DNA from: Bacillota bacterium
GTDB taxonomy: Bacteria; Bacillota; UBA994; UBA5500
Assembly (NCBI GenBank): GCA_041686915.1
Contig: JAWLDB010000003.1
Span: 1 to 57,155 of the forward strand
DNA: 57,155 nt
Direction of reading: 5' to 3'
Positions 17,417-25,757 of this stretch are shown here, piece by piece. Both the position numbers and the translations under genes were made by a program. Each line of letters opens with the position of its first letter. Positions within the stretch are counted from its first letter, which is position 1. Below the pieces are notes generated by a model, which saw nothing but the letters and a program-made list of their open reading frames with translations, did no database searches and was not told where the DNA came from.

Positions 17417-18840
17417 GAACGGAGCACCTCCATAACTGTCAGTCTGGACATTTTCCATGCTGGGATGAGGCCGAAGATGAGGCCGACGATCAACGTAACT
17501 CCCATGACTAGGCCGTAATTGGAGATTAACTGGGCCAAGATTTCACTCCAAGCCTGTTGGTTGCTTATTTGCTGATGCAAAGCTGCTAAATATACTAGCA
17601 GGAAGCCAATGCTCGATCCGATGATGCTAAGCATCACTGACTCGCTAAGTGCCATCTGCATAATATCTAAGCGGCGTGCGCCCAAGGCCTTCAGCACTCC
17701 AATTTCTTTGCGTCGCTCAGCCATACCGGTTAGCATGCGAGCCGCCATCAGCAGCCCGGCATTAGCGTAGATCAGTATAGCGAGGATTTTGCTCATGTCC
17801 ATTGGTATGCCAGTCTGCAAGCTGCCATCCCGGCGCCAAAGCTGCTCGGGGGCTTGTTCAAAGTGGTCCAAAGCTGCCTGCCTGTCCGCTACCTTTTTCA
17901 AGTTTGGCGCCGAGACGAGTGTCCAGTTCGGCGCTCCCACTTGCAGTTCGCCAACCAAAGCTTCCAAGGTCGAGAGGTCTTTCACTCGCAGCCCATAGCT
18001 GAGGGCAGTTGGTTCTACGCTGTCGGCCGCCGCCTGCCATAATTGTCGCCAGGTTGCCTCCGTCAGCCACACCTCATCGATATCCAGGTAGGCTTGCTCA
18101 AACCTGTCGTTACCAGCCTCGTCGCGCCAAGCTATGTTACGAGTAGGCAAGGCATAGCCGCCTGCCACCCGCACAGTATGCTTGACACTGCGTGATGGGT
18201 CCAATTGAAGAGAACCGTCTGCCGCGAGTAGGATCCTTGGAACAGTGATATCCAGCGTCTGGGGGAGGGATGTGTTATTATCCCTAGCAGACTTCAGATT
18301 AAGCCATACCGCTAGCTCACCATCGAGCGTATCCGGCTGGCTATCGCCCTCGGCAATGTACTCCGACAAAGGGTCATTGGGCAACAAAGCGCGTAGAGCG
18401 ACTCCGTTGTTGATGCTTGGGGTGCCACCAATCCATCCAGGCATCCGGTAAACTGGATTGATTTCTATTACTTCCGGATGCTCCCGCAAGTACTCTATCT
18501 GTTCCGAGGGAAATGGTTCTAATTTGGGTGCATCTGTAGCTAGAAAACCTTCCTTGCTCAGGTGTGGATAGAATAAAGCAAGCGTGGAGAACTCATTCTC
18601 AGGCAAGCGGTAGAGCTGCAGATCACCCAGATCTGAGGGGGTACTGAGGAAACGGAGCGGGTATACCACTATCTCCCCGCTCATCCAGTGGCGATAATTG
18701 CTGTATGCCTGAGCTGGGTAACCTTGTTGGACAGTAAGACTGGTGGTCAGGGCAACAGCCGCAAGCACAAGGCTTATCAGCGCCAGGGTGCTGCGTCCAA
18801 GCTGCCTGATAACGTTGATTATTCCTAGACGTACAAACAC
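17413..18840 (-). CDS. ABC transporter permease (FtsX/MacB-type, large extracytoplasmic domain)
   Basis: N-terminal TM, a ~330-aa loop, then three C-terminal TMs. GTG 18840 lies 5 nt after AGGAGGG. Confidence 0.8.
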   Translation of the reverse strand: MFVRLGIINVIRQLGRSTLALISLVLAAVALTTSLTVQQGYPAQAYSNYRHWMSGEIVVYPLRFLSTPSDLGDLQLYRLPENEFSTLALFYPHLSKEGFLATDAPKLEPFPSEQIEYLREHPEVIEINPVYRMPGWIGGTPSINNGVALRALLPNDPLSEYIAEGDSQPDTLDGELAVWLNLKSARDNNTSLPQTLDITVPRILLAADGSLQLDPSRSVKHTVRVAGGYALPTRNIAWRDEAGNDRFEQAYLDIDEVWLTEATWRQLWQAAADSVEPTALSYGLRVKDLSTLEALVGELQVGAPNWTLVSAPNLKKVADRQAALDHFEQAPEQLWRRDGSLQTGIPMDMSKILAILIYANAGLLMAARMLTGMAERRKEIGVLKALGARRLDIMQMALSESVMLSIIGSSIGFLLVYLAALHQQISNQQAWSEILAQLISNYGLVMGVTLIVGLIFGLIPAWKMSRLTVMEVLRS

Positions 18841-19175
18841 GTTGACCCTCCTCGTTATGCAAAACAAGTGAAGCTACAAAAAGCGTATGCAGATATCTCT
18901 GCATGATAGTTGCATCACTGAATGGGTATTCGAAATACTAAGCTAACGAAAATATTATAACATAGCTGCTTGCCAGTCAGGGGAGAAGATTTTTGAGCTA
19001 ATTCAGCGCACTATCTACTAGGATAATAAAGCTAATGTGCGTATATTGGAGCATTTCAGGGGCTACTCGTGATGGAAGCGGGCAGATGAGGTAAAACTGG
19101 GCGTAATGGCATGGAAAGCTTGTAATCCTAGTTTTACCTGGGGCTTGGTCGCGTGCTAGACTTAATTAACAGGCC

Positions 19176-19300
19176 ATAATCGCCGAATTGTCCGCAGGGG
19201 CAAACGGGGGAAACAACTTTTGGGGTGAAGCCTGCTTGCAGGCGGGGGACTCGGCCCCCAACCCGTCAGCTAACCTCGTAGGCGTTCCGGGAAGGCAGGT
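19176..19300 (+). promoter_or_regulatory. Cyclic-di-AMP riboswitch (ydaO-yuaA class) aptamer
   Basis: Conserved blocks in canonical order: CGCCGAAUU (19181), ACGGGGGAAAC (19204-19214), GGGGUGAAGCC (19222-19232), hairpin GCCUGC-uu-GCAGGC (19230-19243), GGGGGACUC (19244-19252), AACCCGUCAGCUAACCUCGUAGGCGUU (19260-19286). P1 pairs CGCC with GGCG. Confidence 0.85.
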
Positions 19301-19373
19301 GCTTCTTCAGCATGCCCCACCCATGCAATCGGGTTTTCCCATGCCTGTTCATAGCTATCCGGTCTGCCGGAAT

Positions 19374-19637
19374 ATGATGTTGATTGGGGGTTTCATTCGC
19401 GTGTGCTGTGAAGCAATATTCAAGGACAATAACGTACGCAAACAGATTGAGCATCTGCGCGACAACCAGGTTGGAGTCATACTCAGCGACTCCAACGGCA
19501 ACAAGTGCAAGTTTGGCTTGGTAGCTACCTTCTACCCTACCAACGACAAGCGGGAAGTGATCCTGCGTTGTCAAGAGTGCGGTAAACGGTGGATGGTTGT
19601 GTTGGACCGGGGAGATTTCCGGGTCGCCGAGGCCTAG
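19374..19637 (+). CDS. Small hypothetical protein (about 78-87 aa) with CC...CxxC cysteines
   Basis: First open frame after the riboswitch. Start uncertain: ATG 19374 has no SD, while GTG 19401 lies 10 nt after GGGGG. Ends RCQECGKRWMVVLDRGDFRVAEA. No family recognised. Confidence 0.45.
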   Translation: MMLIGGFIRVCCEAIFKDNNVRKQIEHLRDNQVGVILSDSNGNKCKFGLVATFYPTNDKREVILRCQECGKRWMVVLDRGDFRVAEA

Positions 19638-19727
19638 ATGAGTATGCTTGGACAATTTTAAGGCATGTCCAGCCTACCTGGCTGAATATGATGTAACAAA
19701 AGCCAAGGTACAAGGAGGCCCATGCTC

Positions 19728-19973
19728 ATGAAAAGCCAGGCATTCGTGGAACAGGTGAACCTGCACGAAGTTGTAGTCAGGATTAACGGTAAGACGTATT
19801 CGCTCCCGCGTTGCTGCTTGCCAACCGAAGTGCAAGAAGAAGATGTCATAGATTTGGTGGTTTTTGTCAATGAGAAGGCCACACAACGCCATCTCGACCA
19901 AATCCGGCGCTGGCTACGTCTATGCGGCGCATACGCCGGTTTCCGCAAAGCGGAAGAGGAAGCCAGAGTGTAA
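19728..19973 (+). CDS. Small hypothetical protein, DUF3006-like
   Basis: ATG 19728 lies 9 nt after AAGGAGG. The pattern VEQVNLHEVVVRINGKTYSLPRCCLPTEVQEEDVIDL resembles DUF3006 (family recalled from memory). Confidence 0.5.
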   Translation: MKSQAFVEQVNLHEVVVRINGKTYSLPRCCLPTEVQEEDVIDLVVFVNEKATQRHLDQIRRWLRLCGAYAGFRKAEEEARV

Positions 19974-19980
19974 CGAACAC

Positions 19981-20013
19981 AAAAGCTCGGCCAAGAATGT
20001 GCCGAGCTTTTTT
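19981..20013. terminator. Bidirectional terminator hairpin
   Basis: AAAAGCTCGGC-caagaatgt-GCCGAGCTTTT. Between convergent genes. Confidence 0.85.
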
Positions 20014-20020
20014 GTGTGGT

Positions 20021-21676
20021 TTAGTAGCCGAGGCAGCTGCCATCGCCGCGGGGATCGCTGGCGCCCTGTCTCACTCCGGTAACAGGATCGATACGTATCA
20101 GCTGTACAGTGCCGCCGCCGCTCCACGGACCTACCAGTGTGATCTCGTGGCCAAGTTGTTGCAGTTGTTGTCGGATTGCTGGCGAAAAGCGATCTTCCAT
20201 GCGCAGCGTAACCGGTTGATTCATGGATGCCGGATCAGTTCCAGGAGCGCTGGTCCAGCGGGGGGCAGTAACTGCCTCAGAAACCGACATATCAAAGTCA
20301 ATGCAGTTGACGATAGTTTGCATATTCCATTGGGGCTGGCCATCACCTCCGGGAGTGTTGCCCACTAGGTACGGTTTGCCTTGTCTGTTGACCAGATAGG
20401 TGTTTAGCGTATGCATCGTCTTCTTGCCAGGAGCCAAGCAGTTGGGGTGCTGCGGGTCGAGCACAAAACCACGGCCAGCCCGGTTATTGAGCAGTATGCC
20501 CGTGTCCGGGATGGTAACCCCGGAGCCAAAGGCAAGCGAGAGGCTATGGATGAAGGAGACGGCATTGCCTGCTGAGTCAACAACGACAAAGGACGTAGTA
20601 TCACCGTCAGGATCTCCTGCAGTCACATGATTATTGGCACAATGCAAGTCAATATCCTGACGGCGTCTGGCAGTGTATTCCGGCGACAATAGCTTCTGCA
20701 GTGGCATCTTCACGAAATTGGGGTCTCCGGCATAGGCCAACCGGTCGGCATAAGCCAGCTTTTTAGCTTCGACCATCAGGTGGACTGCATCAGCGCTCTC
20801 CGGACCCATTTCTGCTAGATTAAAGCCATTTAAGATAGCGAGCTCTTCCAGCATGATTAGACCTTGAGAAGGGGGAGAAGTTTGATAGACTTCGTAACCT
20901 CGATAATTCACCTTGATAGGGGTGTAGATCTCGGTTGTATGTTCTGTTAGCTCCCGCTCAGTAATCAAGCCACCAGTTTGACGCATATGCTCAATCATTT
21001 TGCTGGCGAGGGAACCTTTGTAGAAGGCATCAGCGCCTTCTTGGGCAAAGGTGCGTAAAGACCTGGCATAGTCAGGCTGTCTGAAGATCTCGCCAGCCTG
21101 GTAGGGAGTACCGTCCTCTTTCAAAAATGTCTTGGCTGTAGCGGGGAAGCGGGCGAGCTTGGCAGCATTGGAACGAAAATGCCCAGCCAGGATTTCGGAA
21201 ACAGGGAAGCCGTGCTCAGCATAGTTGATGGCAGGCTGCATCACCTGCTCCAGGGTCATGCTACCCCAGTGCTTGATGGCTGTATCAAACGCATGGGCTG
21301 AGCCGGGAATCGCCACCGACAGAGGGCCGTCCAGCGGCATCTTGTCACTGTATCCTTGAGCTGAGTAGTGCTCCAGCGTTGCTCCGTAGGGCGCAATGCC
21401 ACTGCCGTTAACTGCCTCGACCTTTCCGGTCCTGGCGTCGTAGACGATCATAAAGGTGTCACCACCGAGGCCGCACATCGAAGGCAGCACTACGCAGGTT
21501 ACGCCGGCAATGGCGATGGCTGCATCAATGGCGTTGCCGCCTTGTTTGAGGATCTCTAGTCCCGCGGCGGTTGCCAGGGGGTGCGCTGTGGCTACCATGC
21601 CTCCTTGGGACATTGCTACGCCGCGCAGTTTGCCGGGAGCTGAAGCCCAAAGGTTGTTATCCGGTTGCTTGCTCAT
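20021..21676 (-). CDS. ggt: Gamma-glutamyltransferase
   Basis: 551 aa. Autoprocessing/nucleophile site GDTTSFVVVD and the GGDGQ block near the C-terminus. GAGGAGG SD. Confidence 0.9.
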   Translation of the reverse strand: MSKQPDNNLWASAPGKLRGVAMSQGGMVATAHPLATAAGLEILKQGGNAIDAAIAIAGVTCVVLPSMCGLGGDTFMIVYDARTGKVEAVNGSGIAPYGATLEHYSAQGYSDKMPLDGPLSVAIPGSAHAFDTAIKHWGSMTLEQVMQPAINYAEHGFPVSEILAGHFRSNAAKLARFPATAKTFLKEDGTPYQAGEIFRQPDYARSLRTFAQEGADAFYKGSLASKMIEHMRQTGGLITERELTEHTTEIYTPIKVNYRGYEVYQTSPPSQGLIMLEELAILNGFNLAEMGPESADAVHLMVEAKKLAYADRLAYAGDPNFVKMPLQKLLSPEYTARRRQDIDLHCANNHVTAGDPDGDTTSFVVVDSAGNAVSFIHSLSLAFGSGVTIPDTGILLNNRAGRGFVLDPQHPNCLAPGKKTMHTLNTYLVNRQGKPYLVGNTPGGDGQPQWNMQTIVNCIDFDMSVSEAVTAPRWTSAPGTDPASMNQPVTLRMEDRFSPAIRQQLQQLGHEITLVGPWSGGGTVQLIRIDPVTGVRQGASDPRGDGSCLGY

Positions 21677-21746
21677 AAAATCATCCTCCTCGTCTGGTGA
21701 TAGATTGCCTAGAGGCTCATACCTAGGCTAGGTAGACTAAGGCTAG

Positions 21747-21773
21747 TAAAAAAGAGCAGCTCGCACTGCTCTT
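21747..21773 (-). terminator. Intrinsic terminator of the HD-GYP gene
   Basis: AGAGCAG-ctcgca-CTGCTCT with the T-run on the minus strand (A-run 21748-21753). Confidence 0.75.
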
Positions 21774-21801
21774 TCAATCTTATAAACTATGTCAAAGGTA
21801 G

Positions 21802-22707
21802 TTATTCTCTAGGAAGCTTACCATCTTCCCGCATAATCTCCATGAAAGCATCTACCACCTCGGGTGAAAACTGTGCCCCGCGTTGGCGGATTATCTCCTC
21901 TATAGCCTGCTGCTCCGTGAGCGCTTTCCGGTAAGGGCGGTCGCTGGTCATGGCGTCATAGGCGTCTGCCACCGCAATGATCTTCGCTTCAATGCTGATT
22001 TCGCGACCTTCCAGTCCCAAAGGGTAACCTTTGCCATCTTCACGCTCGTGGTGTTGTTCGATTATGTACCCGACCTCGGAGATAAATGTATCTTGTAGTA
22101 TCTGACGCCCCTCGGTAGGATGCCTTCGTATGAGCTCCCATTCCTCTTCAGATAACTTAGTAGGCTTCGTTAGAACTTCCTCAGGGATTGCTGTCTTGCC
22201 TAGATCATGAAGGTAAGCTGCGTCAACGAGCCGAACCATTTGGCCACCTGAGAGGCGTAGCTTCTCACCAATCCTGGTAGAAAGCCTTTCGATTCTTTTG
22301 CAGTGTTCCTCAGTATACATGTCCTTGACTTCAATGTCCCTTGCCAGATCAAGCCATTGCTTGATATTTTCACTAACAAACCCAAAGACCGGGGGAGATG
22401 CGACATACATGAAAGTAACGTCTGTAACAGTTCTGAAGTATGCAGTCTGAACCAGATTAGTCGCCACAATGTAGTCACCCTTACTTAGCGTGACTTCTTT
22501 TCCGTTGTCATCCCAGATGAGGGTGCCATCAGTTATAAACGCAAACTCAAAGCCTTGCCATGGTGTTAGTGAAAACGGTTTGGCTGCCTTAACGGTCTGC
22601 AGCATTACTTCTACCTCGCCCGCTCTAGCAAGGAGTTTTATGGCTGTGGTCTTCTTAGCCACACTCTCCAAGCATGCCCCGTCTTGCTCTACCCGCAGAC
22701 CCTTCAC
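21802..22707 (-). CDS. HD-GYP domain c-di-GMP phosphodiesterase with an N-terminal cupin-like domain
   Basis: HDLGK and HHEREDGKGYP motifs. GTG 22707 lies 5 nt after GAAGGTG and avoids overlap with the upstream ORF (the track start 22749 is TTG). Confidence 0.85.
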   Translation of the reverse strand: MKGLRVEQDGACLESVAKKTTAIKLLARAGEVEVMLQTVKAAKPFSLTPWQGFEFAFITDGTLIWDDNGKEVTLSKGDYIVATNLVQTAYFRTVTDVTFMYVASPPVFGFVSENIKQWLDLARDIEVKDMYTEEHCKRIERLSTRIGEKLRLSGGQMVRLVDAAYLHDLGKTAIPEEVLTKPTKLSEEEWELIRRHPTEGRQILQDTFISEVGYIIEQHHEREDGKGYPLGLEGREISIEAKIIAVADAYDAMTSDRPYRKALTEQQAIEEIIRQRGAQFSPEVVDAFMEIMREDGKLPRE

Positions 22708-22726
22708 TTCAGCACCTTCTCTCAGA

Positions 22727-23125
22727 CTAGTCAGCGTTGCCGGAAACAATAATGGGATCGATCAAAACAGTGTACCACCCAATCTGCACTTCTTCATAAA
22801 CACAGATCAGCTTGACGCCCTCTTCTTTTGCAGCATCCATAACATTATCGATGAGTTTCTCCTCTACATCTTTCAATACATCGATAATCTTCGCATAGGC
22901 ATCGTCAGCCTGATCCTTTGTGATGAATCCAGCATCATAAGCTTTCGTCACTATCTCAGACGCGGCCACGGCTGTCTCTATGGCGACTTCAATCGCTTCA
23001 TTAGTCCAGTCTACCAAGGCTATGAGCTCTTCTGATGCCTGTACCGTGCTGTCTGCGAACGCGGGTGTTGCTCCCAAAACCAATGCCAGCAGCATACATA
23101 GCACTGCTATCCTACGTTTTAGCAT
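22727..23125 (-). CDS. Secreted hypothetical protein
   Basis: Signal peptide MLKRRIAVLCMLLALVLGATPAFA. ATG 23125 follows GGAGGGG. Acidic helical mature part. Confidence 0.65.
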   Translation of the reverse strand: MLKRRIAVLCMLLALVLGATPAFADSTVQASEELIALVDWTNEAIEVAIETAVAASEIVTKAYDAGFITKDQADDAYAKIIDVLKDVEEKLIDNVMDAAKEEGVKLICVYEEVQIGWYTVLIDPIIVSGNAD

Positions 23126-23390
23126 TTCATCCCCTCCATTCAACATAAATGTGGCCCACACCCATATCATTTCGCCCGTACCCGAGGTTTTCCTGCCAAT
23201 TACCAAAAAAATCTGCTCCTGTTATTGGCTAGGGGTAATTTGGCGTTGCGTTTGAGTAATGCTATGCTGGGGAATGGCGAGAGAAGCACAGCAGATGTCA
23301 AAGCTGTGACGATGCCCGGTTTATTCTGTTTATGATTCATCAAGATTAGATAAAAAACTTCCATTTACGGCAAACTGTGAATTTCTTCAC

Positions 23391-23419
23391 TTGACGTCAT
23401 ATATATGTTCCCATATATT
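23391..23419 (+). promoter_or_regulatory. Sigma-A-type promoter of the ArsR-family gene
   Basis: TTGACG (23391-23396), 17-nt spacer containing the palindrome CATATATATG, then TATATT (23414-23419). Confidence 0.65.
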
Positions 23420-23438
23420 TAACTTAGGTGGTGAAAAA

Positions 23439-23738
23439 ATGAACAATTCCATGGAGCAGGTGAACCAAGAACGCGGAGTTATAACACAACGTGCAGAGTT
23501 GCTAAAGGTACTTGCACATCCGATGAGGCTGTGCATCGTGCGCGGACTGTTGCAGGAGGGAGCCTGCAATGTCAGCTACATGCAGGACTGCCTGAAAATT
23601 CCTCAGTCTACCATATCTCAGCATCTGGCAAAACTCCGGGCAGCAGGAGTTATCTCAGGATCAAGAGACGGTGTGGAAGTTCATTATACCGTCATTAGCC
23701 AAGATGCTGAGCGTGTTATTAGGGCCCTGTTTGAGTAG
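23439..23738 (+). CDS. ArsR/SmtB-family transcriptional regulator
   Basis: AELLKVLAHPMRLCIVRGLL...STISQHLAKLRAAGVI wHTH. ATG 23439 follows AGGTGGTG. Confidence 0.85.
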   Translation: MNNSMEQVNQERGVITQRAELLKVLAHPMRLCIVRGLLQEGACNVSYMQDCLKIPQSTISQHLAKLRAAGVISGSRDGVEVHYTVISQDAERVIRALFE

Positions 23739-23793
23739 CAAACAAGCGGCCCTCGTTTTTTGCAGCAGGGGTTTAGTTATTCATATGTTCAGA

Positions 23794-24294
23794 TTAATGG
23801 CCCATTGGCCAGCCAGTCAATCTCCCCAATCTGGCGCAAAACTGTTCAAGGCCTACAGCGTCCTGGCTGTCAAAACGCTGCTTGATCGGGCTGTCTATGT
23901 CTAACACCCCTAATAGCTTGCCTTCGCGCACTATAGGCACCACAATCTCGGATTGTGAAGCTGCATCGCAGGCAATGTGTCCTGGGAACTCGTGTACATC
24001 CGGAACTATTAGAGTTTCCAGATTGGCAGCGGATGTGCCGCATACCCCCTTGCCAATCGGTATATGGGTGCAAGCGGGCTTTCCTTGGAACGGCCCGAGT
24101 ACCAACTCGCCCTGTTTATGCAAGTAGAAGCCGACCCAGTTAATCTGGCCCAATTGATGCCCGAGCAGCGCTGCCGCGTTCGACAGGTTGGCCAACCAAT
24201 CAGGCTCCTCTCCAACCAGGGTCTCCAGCAGGTGGTTGACTGCCTGGTAGAATTTAGCCTTGTCATCAGTTTCAATCTTTTTCGCTCGATACAT
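23794..24294 (-). CDS. GAF domain protein (free methionine-R-sulfoxide reductase-like)
   Basis: WVGFYL...GPFQGKPACTHIPIGKGVCG...HIACDAASQSEIVVPI pattern. ATG 24294 follows GGGAGGAG. Confidence 0.8.
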   Translation of the reverse strand: MYRAKKIETDDKAKFYQAVNHLLETLVGEEPDWLANLSNAAALLGHQLGQINWVGFYLHKQGELVLGPFQGKPACTHIPIGKGVCGTSAANLETLIVPDVHEFPGHIACDAASQSEIVVPIVREGKLLGVLDIDSPIKQRFDSQDAVGLEQFCARLGRLTGWPMGH

Positions 24295-24412
24295 AAAGAT
24301 CTCCTCCCTCAGTGTTCTTCCCATGTAATTTGGCTGTTTTGAGCGGATTTCCTCCTGCTGCGCAACTTTTGCCCTATGTGCTCGTATTAAGCTAGTAGAT
24401 GACAGAAGGAAG

Positions 24413-24928
24413 GTGGCTGCTGTGACGTATATTCAGGGCCGTATTGGCGGAGGCATTGTTGGCTTAACCATAGATGGGCGTATGGAAGGCCAGAATATAT
24501 TCGGGCGGATTGGTGGAGAAGTAATCGGTTGGGACATTGCCCTGCATTTTGATGGGTACTCCTTGCGCGGCCGTATGGGGGGAGCCTTTGCCGGTCGCGA
24601 TATCATAGCCACGGTAGATGGGGGATCGGTGCGCGGCAGAATGGGTGGCGGACTTGATGGGCGCGACATGGACCTTGCACTAGGCCATTTTGTTACAGGC
24701 CGGTGTGGGGGAGGGGTATTCGGCTTTGACTTGAATCTGCAATACGAACATGCAACCGGGGTGTTACGGGGTCGAGCAGGGGGCGAGACGTTTGGCAAAG
24801 ACGTAGAGCTGCAGCTTGGCCACGGCTTCCCTTTGGCGGCAGCCCCAGTGTTGGTCTGCGCAACCATCTACTATCAGCAGATTAAATCTCGCAATAACAA
24901 CGGCGGCGGGAACAGTGGCGGAAGATAA
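24413..24928 (+). CDS. Tandem-repeat protein (six ~22-aa GRxGG repeats) with a C-terminal hydrophobic segment
   Basis: The repeats begin GRIGGGIVG, GRIGGEVIG, GRMGGAFAG, GRMGGGLDG, GRCGGGVFG and GRAGGETFG. A predicted TM follows (FPLAAAPVLVCATIYYQQI), then an N/G-rich tail. Start is GTG 24413 or GTG 24422. Confidence 0.65.
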   Translation: MAAVTYIQGRIGGGIVGLTIDGRMEGQNIFGRIGGEVIGWDIALHFDGYSLRGRMGGAFAGRDIIATVDGGSVRGRMGGGLDGRDMDLALGHFVTGRCGGGVFGFDLNLQYEHATGVLRGRAGGETFGKDVELQLGHGFPLAAAPVLVCATIYYQQIKSRNNNGGGNSGGR

Positions 24929-24929
24929 C

Positions 24930-24968
24930 AAAAAAATGGCGCACTTCGTTTAAAGTGCGCCATTTTTT
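24930..24968. terminator. Bidirectional terminator hairpin
   Basis: AAAAAA, ATGGCGCACTT-cgttt-AAGTGCGCCAT, TTTTT. Confidence 0.85.
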
Positions 24969-24987
24969 GTTGATGAGCTTTTAGTCG

Positions 24988-25467
24988 TTAGCGAAGCACT
25001 CGCTTGGCACCAGCGTACTTAGCTGTCAGGTACCTGTTGCTCAGAGAGTCAACAACTACGCCTCTACGCGGGAATGCGTGGATGATGCGATTATTGCCTA
25101 CATAGATACCTACATGTGAGATGCCGAGCTTGTAGGTGTTCTTAAAGAATACGAGATCACCGTAGGACAGCTGGCTCTTGTACACGTAACGCCCAACTGT
25201 TGACTGAGCTGCAGCAGTACGCGGCAGGTAGACGCCATGCTGGCGGTAAACATAGCGTACATAGCTGGAGCAGTCAAACGTGCGCGGGCCATTGGAGCCA
25301 AAGACATATGGTGTTCCAAGGTATCTGTAAGCAGTTCTGACAACGGAGTAACGGTTGGCAAAGCTGGTTGCCGCAGAGGCTTCCTTTGCCGGAACGGCAG
25401 AAAAGACAACAGCTACTAACATCAAAGCAGTAATAGCTTTCGCAGTGATTTTTGCGAACTTGTTCAT
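24988..25467 (-). CDS. NlpC/P60 (C40) peptidoglycan endopeptidase, secreted
   Basis: Signal peptide. Catalytic FDCSSYVRYVY (Cys) and ISHVGIYVG (His) blocks. Confidence 0.9.
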   Translation of the reverse strand: MNKFAKITAKAITALMLVAVVFSAVPAKEASAATSFANRYSVVRTAYRYLGTPYVFGSNGPRTFDCSSYVRYVYRQHGVYLPRTAAAQSTVGRYVYKSQLSYGDLVFFKNTYKLGISHVGIYVGNNRIIHAFPRRGVVVDSLSNRYLTAKYAGAKRVLR

Positions 25468-25546
25468 TGGACTTTCATCCCCTTTCTTAACGTGGTGCAG
25501 AGAAGGTGGTGCAGTCTCTCTCTAGTTGACCAAGCATGTACGTTTG

Positions 25547-25575
25547 ATTATAGACTGGTTGACCATAACACTCAA
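25547..25575 (-). promoter_or_regulatory. Sigma-A-type promoter of the NlpC/P60 gene
   Basis: On the minus strand: TTGAGT, 17-nt spacer, TATAAT (plus-strand attata 25547-25552, actcaa 25570-25575). Confidence 0.7.
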
Positions 25576-25757
25576 AGGAAAATTGCAGCAGAGTGCCTAA
25601 TATAGTGCAATGCTGATGAATGGATATGCGATGAGGTTGAGTGCTTAACGATAACCAGAGACTGGTGATGCCTGCTGCTACAGCTGTTACCTAGTTTACA
25701 TAAATATGCGACGGCATTTCGGCTGTCATAAAAATTCCCAAAGAGGAGCGTGCATAG

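Noticed and set aside
19089-19139. 10-bp inverted repeat AGGTAAAACT...AGTTTTACCT with a 31-nt loop, upstream of the riboswitch
   Set aside because: It has no flanking T-run, and I can identify no known motif and no adjacent promoter. It could be structural, but the evidence is insufficient.
19188-19373. N-terminal part of the 149-aa track ORF
   Set aside because: This stretch is the c-di-AMP aptamer itself, and it is open in frame only by chance. Any real protein must start at or after 19374.
24433-24867. 144-aa Pro-rich minus-strand ORF
   Set aside because: It is the antisense of the Gly-rich repeat gene: GGN codons read as NCC (Pro) on the other strand. It has no start context.
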